From an uncultured Pseudomonadales bacterium (GTDB lineage Bacteria; Pseudomonadota; Gammaproteobacteria; Pseudomonadales; UBA7434), in the NCBI GenBank assembly GCA_905478995.1, contig CAJQKT010000028.1, positions 11,152 to 75,151 of the forward strand: a stretch of DNA of 64,000 nt, read 5' to 3'. A program made the position numbers and the translations under genes. The notes under the pieces are model-generated. The model worked only from the letters and a program-made list of their open reading frames with translations, was not told the DNA's origin and did no database searches. Shown piece by piece: positions 61,183 to 64,000 of this stretch (its first letter is position 1; each line of letters begins with the position of its first letter).

Positions 61183-62202
61183 TTATGGCATGGCACTGGC
61201 TTCGGGCAAGGCGGGTACAAGACGAATTTGTTTAAAAATCAGCTCAGCGCTGGCCGTTAAGTGTGAAGTAAAGCACTGCAGCGCCGCAATACGCTTCATA
61301 TCCATTAAACGCCCCAGCGGCGCCTGTTCGACCTCGGCAAGCGGTATTACCAAAACATTTTGGCCCGGTGCAATTATAAATTGCCGGTTGAAGCGATCAT
61401 TTTGCCGATAATTGGTTTCATGCTGAATGTCGTGTATACGACAATTTAAGGGCAGGGTAGAGGCTGCCGGATTATGGAGTGTGATGACCAAGCCACTGTA
61501 GCCTGCCCACGTGCGCGGAAAAAATGTCCAATTGATTTTTGCAAAGCGCTGTGTATTAAAAAAAACATGTAGCCGGCCGCGCTCAAGGTGTGTTGTGATG
61601 TTGGCATCAAAGCGCGTTACTTCAAGTGGCGAGTTAAAATCGGCCAAGATAGGAAATTGTATTTTTGCTGTTAGCTCATCGGTCAACGCTAGTAGCAATG
61701 GGCCGCAGCTGATAACCGTGAAAAGATAAATTGCGCCAAGCAAGCCTCTGTCTATGGCGGCAACATCGCGCTTGCGATTAGCAGCCGGTGCCGCAGACCC
61801 TGCTGCTCCGGTGGCATCCCAGCGTTTTTTTAATTGGTAATAGATAGCGGCTCCCCATAGCCCGCCTGCAATATCTAACAGCCAATCTTGTATTGACGCC
61901 TCCCGTGATAGGCCTGTTTGCAGATACTCAATGGCCGCTCCAAGTATGGCCGAAATGATGAGGCTGGTTGCTATTAGGCGTATTAACGACCAGCGGCTAA
62001 TAATGGTACTAAAGAGCTGACATGTGACGATCGCGAAAACAAAAAAAAGTACAAGGTGACCAAAGTTCCATAATTCATGCATGCTGCGCTGGGCGGGCAG
62101 AACGGGCTGATTGATGAATAATAGAAAAATCGCGCTAAGCAGCAATACGACTAAAGCAGGTGGCCGTGTTGCGCGAGCTAGATTTTTTGAAGTTACCAAC
62201 AT
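61183..62202 (-). CDS. VanZ-like membrane domain fused to ~190 aa C-terminal extracytoplasmic domain
   Basis: N-terminal half has 4-5 hydrophobic helices with 'HLVLFFVFA' and 'EYLQ' VanZ-like motifs. The C-terminal half is a soluble, beta-rich sequence. Confidence 0.6.
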   Translation of the reverse strand: MLVTSKNLARATRPPALVVLLLSAIFLLFINQPVLPAQRSMHELWNFGHLVLFFVFAIVTCQLFSTIISRWSLIRLIATSLIISAILGAAIEYLQTGLSREASIQDWLLDIAGGLWGAAIYYQLKKRWDATGAAGSAAPAANRKRDVAAIDRGLLGAIYLFTVISCGPLLLALTDELTAKIQFPILADFNSPLEVTRFDANITTHLERGRLHVFFNTQRFAKINWTFFPRTWAGYSGLVITLHNPAASTLPLNCRIHDIQHETNYRQNDRFNRQFIIAPGQNVLVIPLAEVEQAPLGRLMDMKRIAALQCFTSHLTASAELIFKQIRLVPALPEASAMP

Positions 62203-62379
62203 AGCAGGGGATTGTTTTGGAACGCTTAAGCTAGTGTGAAGAGCCCACAGGAACGGGGTTGATTTTGACTACTATAGCATCATTATATGCCCGAGCTTTA
62301 GCTCTACGCCGCACTGCTTATTTTATGCCCGTAAACTCTTAGAAGGATTAGCCGGTGATAGTTGTTAGCTCGGCGTTGA

Positions 62380-62808
62380 TTAGTCGAAAATTCTCACTGC
62401 TAGAACATCGCACTTAGCCCCATGTAAAATTGCTGTAGCCGTGGAGCCTAATAAGAGCTGCAGCCCGTGTTTACCATGGCTGCCCACAATAATAAGGTCG
62501 ATGGCGTTCTCTTCACTGAACACATGAATGCACGTTGCTGCCTTACCAATTAAAATATGCCGGTTGGCTGGTGGAATCGCATGTTTTGTTGCGATCTCAT
62601 CGAGTTCACTTTTTGCAAATTCAACAGTTTTTTCCTGAAAATCGATCGCTGTGCCGCCCATATAATTTTCTGGGTAGTAAATGGGCTCAACTACATGCAC
62701 GACATGAAGCCATTCGGGGTCATCGGCGAGCTTCATCGCTTTCTTGATGACTTCTTGGTAGTCGTCGCAAACATCCACAGCGATTAAAATCTTTTTGTAA
62801 GCTGACAT
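62380..62808 (-). CDS. uspA: Universal stress protein (UspA family, single domain)
   Basis: 'KILIAVD' and 'LIIVGSHGKHGLQLLLGSTA' (the G-2x-G-9x-GS/T ATP-binding motif). Confidence 0.88.
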   Translation of the reverse strand: MSAYKKILIAVDVCDDYQEVIKKAMKLADDPEWLHVVHVVEPIYYPENYMGGTAIDFQEKTVEFAKSELDEIATKHAIPPANRHILIGKAATCIHVFSEENAIDLIIVGSHGKHGLQLLLGSTATAILHGAKCDVLAVRIFD

Positions 62809-63026
62809 ACCAAAACCTCACTCTATAAGGTTATTCTGTAGAATCATGGCGACCGTGGTGTCGTACGAAGCCTGGCCACGGCGCAGCCTAGTAAAGAAAG
62901 TACTATGAAATGCCGGCTTCAGCAAGATAAAAGCGCTGTATACCTTAGTACTTAGTTCGAGCGCTTTTTGTGATGCCACAATCAATTAACGCCTTGCGAA
63001 TATATCGTATTCATAATGCAGTGTCG

Positions 63027-63040
63027 TTGATCTACATCAA
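63027..63040. promoter_or_regulatory. FNR/Anr-type binding site
   Basis: TTGATCTACATCAA is a perfect TTGAT-N4-ATCAA. On the minus strand a TATATT hexamer (62999-63004) begins exactly 22 nt after the box, which places the box centre at -41.5 (class II geometry). Confidence 0.6.
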
Positions 63041-63175
63041 TAAAAACATCGCTGCTCTATGGCGTAAATAGAGGTAATATTAACTCGGTTGCTCAGAGTT
63101 CAAAAACGCAGCTATGCTTTTTAAATACTCTGCGGCCTGTATTGGGTCACTATTTAAAAAAGAGGAAAAATCTCG

Positions 63176-64000
63176 ATGTCCGAACATAACAATCAATTTA
63201 ACGGTAGTTTGCGTGCGGCCGATTCATTACCTAAACCTAGCCAGTTGTTGGTGATTGCCGAGCCAGGCGAGAGCCAAGTGCTTCTTTTTGATCGTATGCG
63301 TGCGCTAGTCGACCAGTTTTCTTGTAGTGTTGAGCTCGTTGCATTTCGAGGCGATGCGGATGCTCGCTCTAGTAACACGCAGCCTGATGAATCAATCGGT
63401 GATGATGAGCTATGTGCCCAATTACAAGCCGCTGCACAAGCCCATGTGTTGAATAGTAAAGATTTTACTTGTCAGGTGGTACGTGTAAAAGATTTATCAG
63501 CTTGGGTTATTGATCATTGCAACCAGAGTAAAGTCGACCTTGTATTAAAAGTAGGCCACCGCACTGAAAATATATTTTATCAGCCCACTGATTGGCAATT
63601 AATTCGAGGGCTGCCTTGTCCACTGTTATTGGCCTCACAAAACAAGTGGAGGGGTAAGCCTGTAGTTTTGGCCACTGTCGATGTTTCAAGTGATAGTCAG
63701 GCCCAACAAAGGATTAATTCTGATGTGTTGGCATGGACCTATCTATTAACCCATGACGAAAAATCAGAACCACAGGTCCTTTCTTGCATTGAGATTAATC
63801 GTGCATTAGTTGATTTGGATGTGGTTGCACCTCGTGAAGTTGAGCGTGAAAAAGAGCCTCTGGCTAAGCAAGCCATGCAAGAGTTACTCAACCAAGTTGG
63901 CTTTGGTACGGCGAAATTATGGTCGCCAGTAGGCGAGCCTGCTAAAAAAATACCTAGCGTGGCCAATCAGCAGAAAGCCGACTTAGTGGTGATGGGCAGC
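63176..64000 (+). CDS. Tandem-domain universal stress protein (UspE-like), 3' end beyond window; not in ORF track
   Basis: My own translation from the ATG at 63176 (SD AGAGGAAAA) stays open for 275 codons to the window edge. It contains 'LLVIAEPG', 'VDLVLKVGH', 'LLLA' and a second Usp domain 'VVLATVDVSS...ADLVVMGS'. Confidence 0.75.
   Translation, partial: MSEHNNQFNGSLRAADSLPKPSQLLVIAEPGESQVLLFDRMRALVDQFSCSVELVAFRGDADARSSNTQPDESIGDDELCAQLQAAAQAHVLNSKDFTCQVVRVKDLSAWVIDHCNQSKVDLVLKVGHRTENIFYQPTDWQLIRGLPCPLLLASQNKWRGKPVVLATVDVSSDSQAQQRINSDVLAWTYLLTHDEKSEPQVLSCIEINRALVDLDVVAPREVEREKEPLAKQAMQELLNQVGFGTAKLWSPVGEPAKKIPSVANQQKADLVVMGS

Overview
This is an origin-proximal chromosomal segment of a gammaproteobacterium with Pseudomonas/Cellvibrio-like gene order and moderate GC by eye. 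All calls rest on ORF geometry, start-site context and motifs read directly from the translations; no searches were run.

The first ~18 kb is the conserved, co-oriented block yidC'-mnmE-mnmG-rsmG-parA-parB-atpIBEFHAGDC-glmU-glmS. The remainder is mostly housekeeping:
- uvrD and a split TRAP transporter locus
- an M48/TPR protease, yaaA and yqgE
- ruvX, pilT/pilU, and yggS-proC-yggT
- pyrF, ubiC-ubiA, an HU gene, folA, cmoM and ybaK
- Usp genes at the right edge

I found no tRNA or rRNA genes, no CRISPR array, no IS element or integrase, no prophage, and no recognisable defence or toxin-antitoxin genes. There is no obvious mobile island.

Two loci stand out from the core background:
1. A 4.45-kb three-gene insertion (30584-35036) splits the normally adjacent yqgE and ruvX. 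It encodes a porin-like outer-membrane barrel, a secreted protein of unknown function, and a TM-HAMP-GGDEF-EAL protein. This is my best candidate for an undescribed envelope-spanning c-di-GMP signalling module.
2. A compact cluster (40202-50350) carries ethylmalonyl-CoA-pathway-type enzymes: an epimerase-like VOC protein, MeaB, an Ecm-type B12 mutase, a MaoC hydratase, an Mcd-type acyl-CoA dehydrogenase and two HpcH/CitE lyases. The signature ccr gene is not in the window. The cluster is organised around a 33-bp perfect palindrome.

Smaller observations:
- an unannotated 39-codon ORF with a strong SD after glmS
- a perfect FNR/Anr box at class II spacing between divergent usp genes
- an ORF-free 690-bp AT-rich gap between mnmE and mnmG
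- several palindromes and repeats in leader regions
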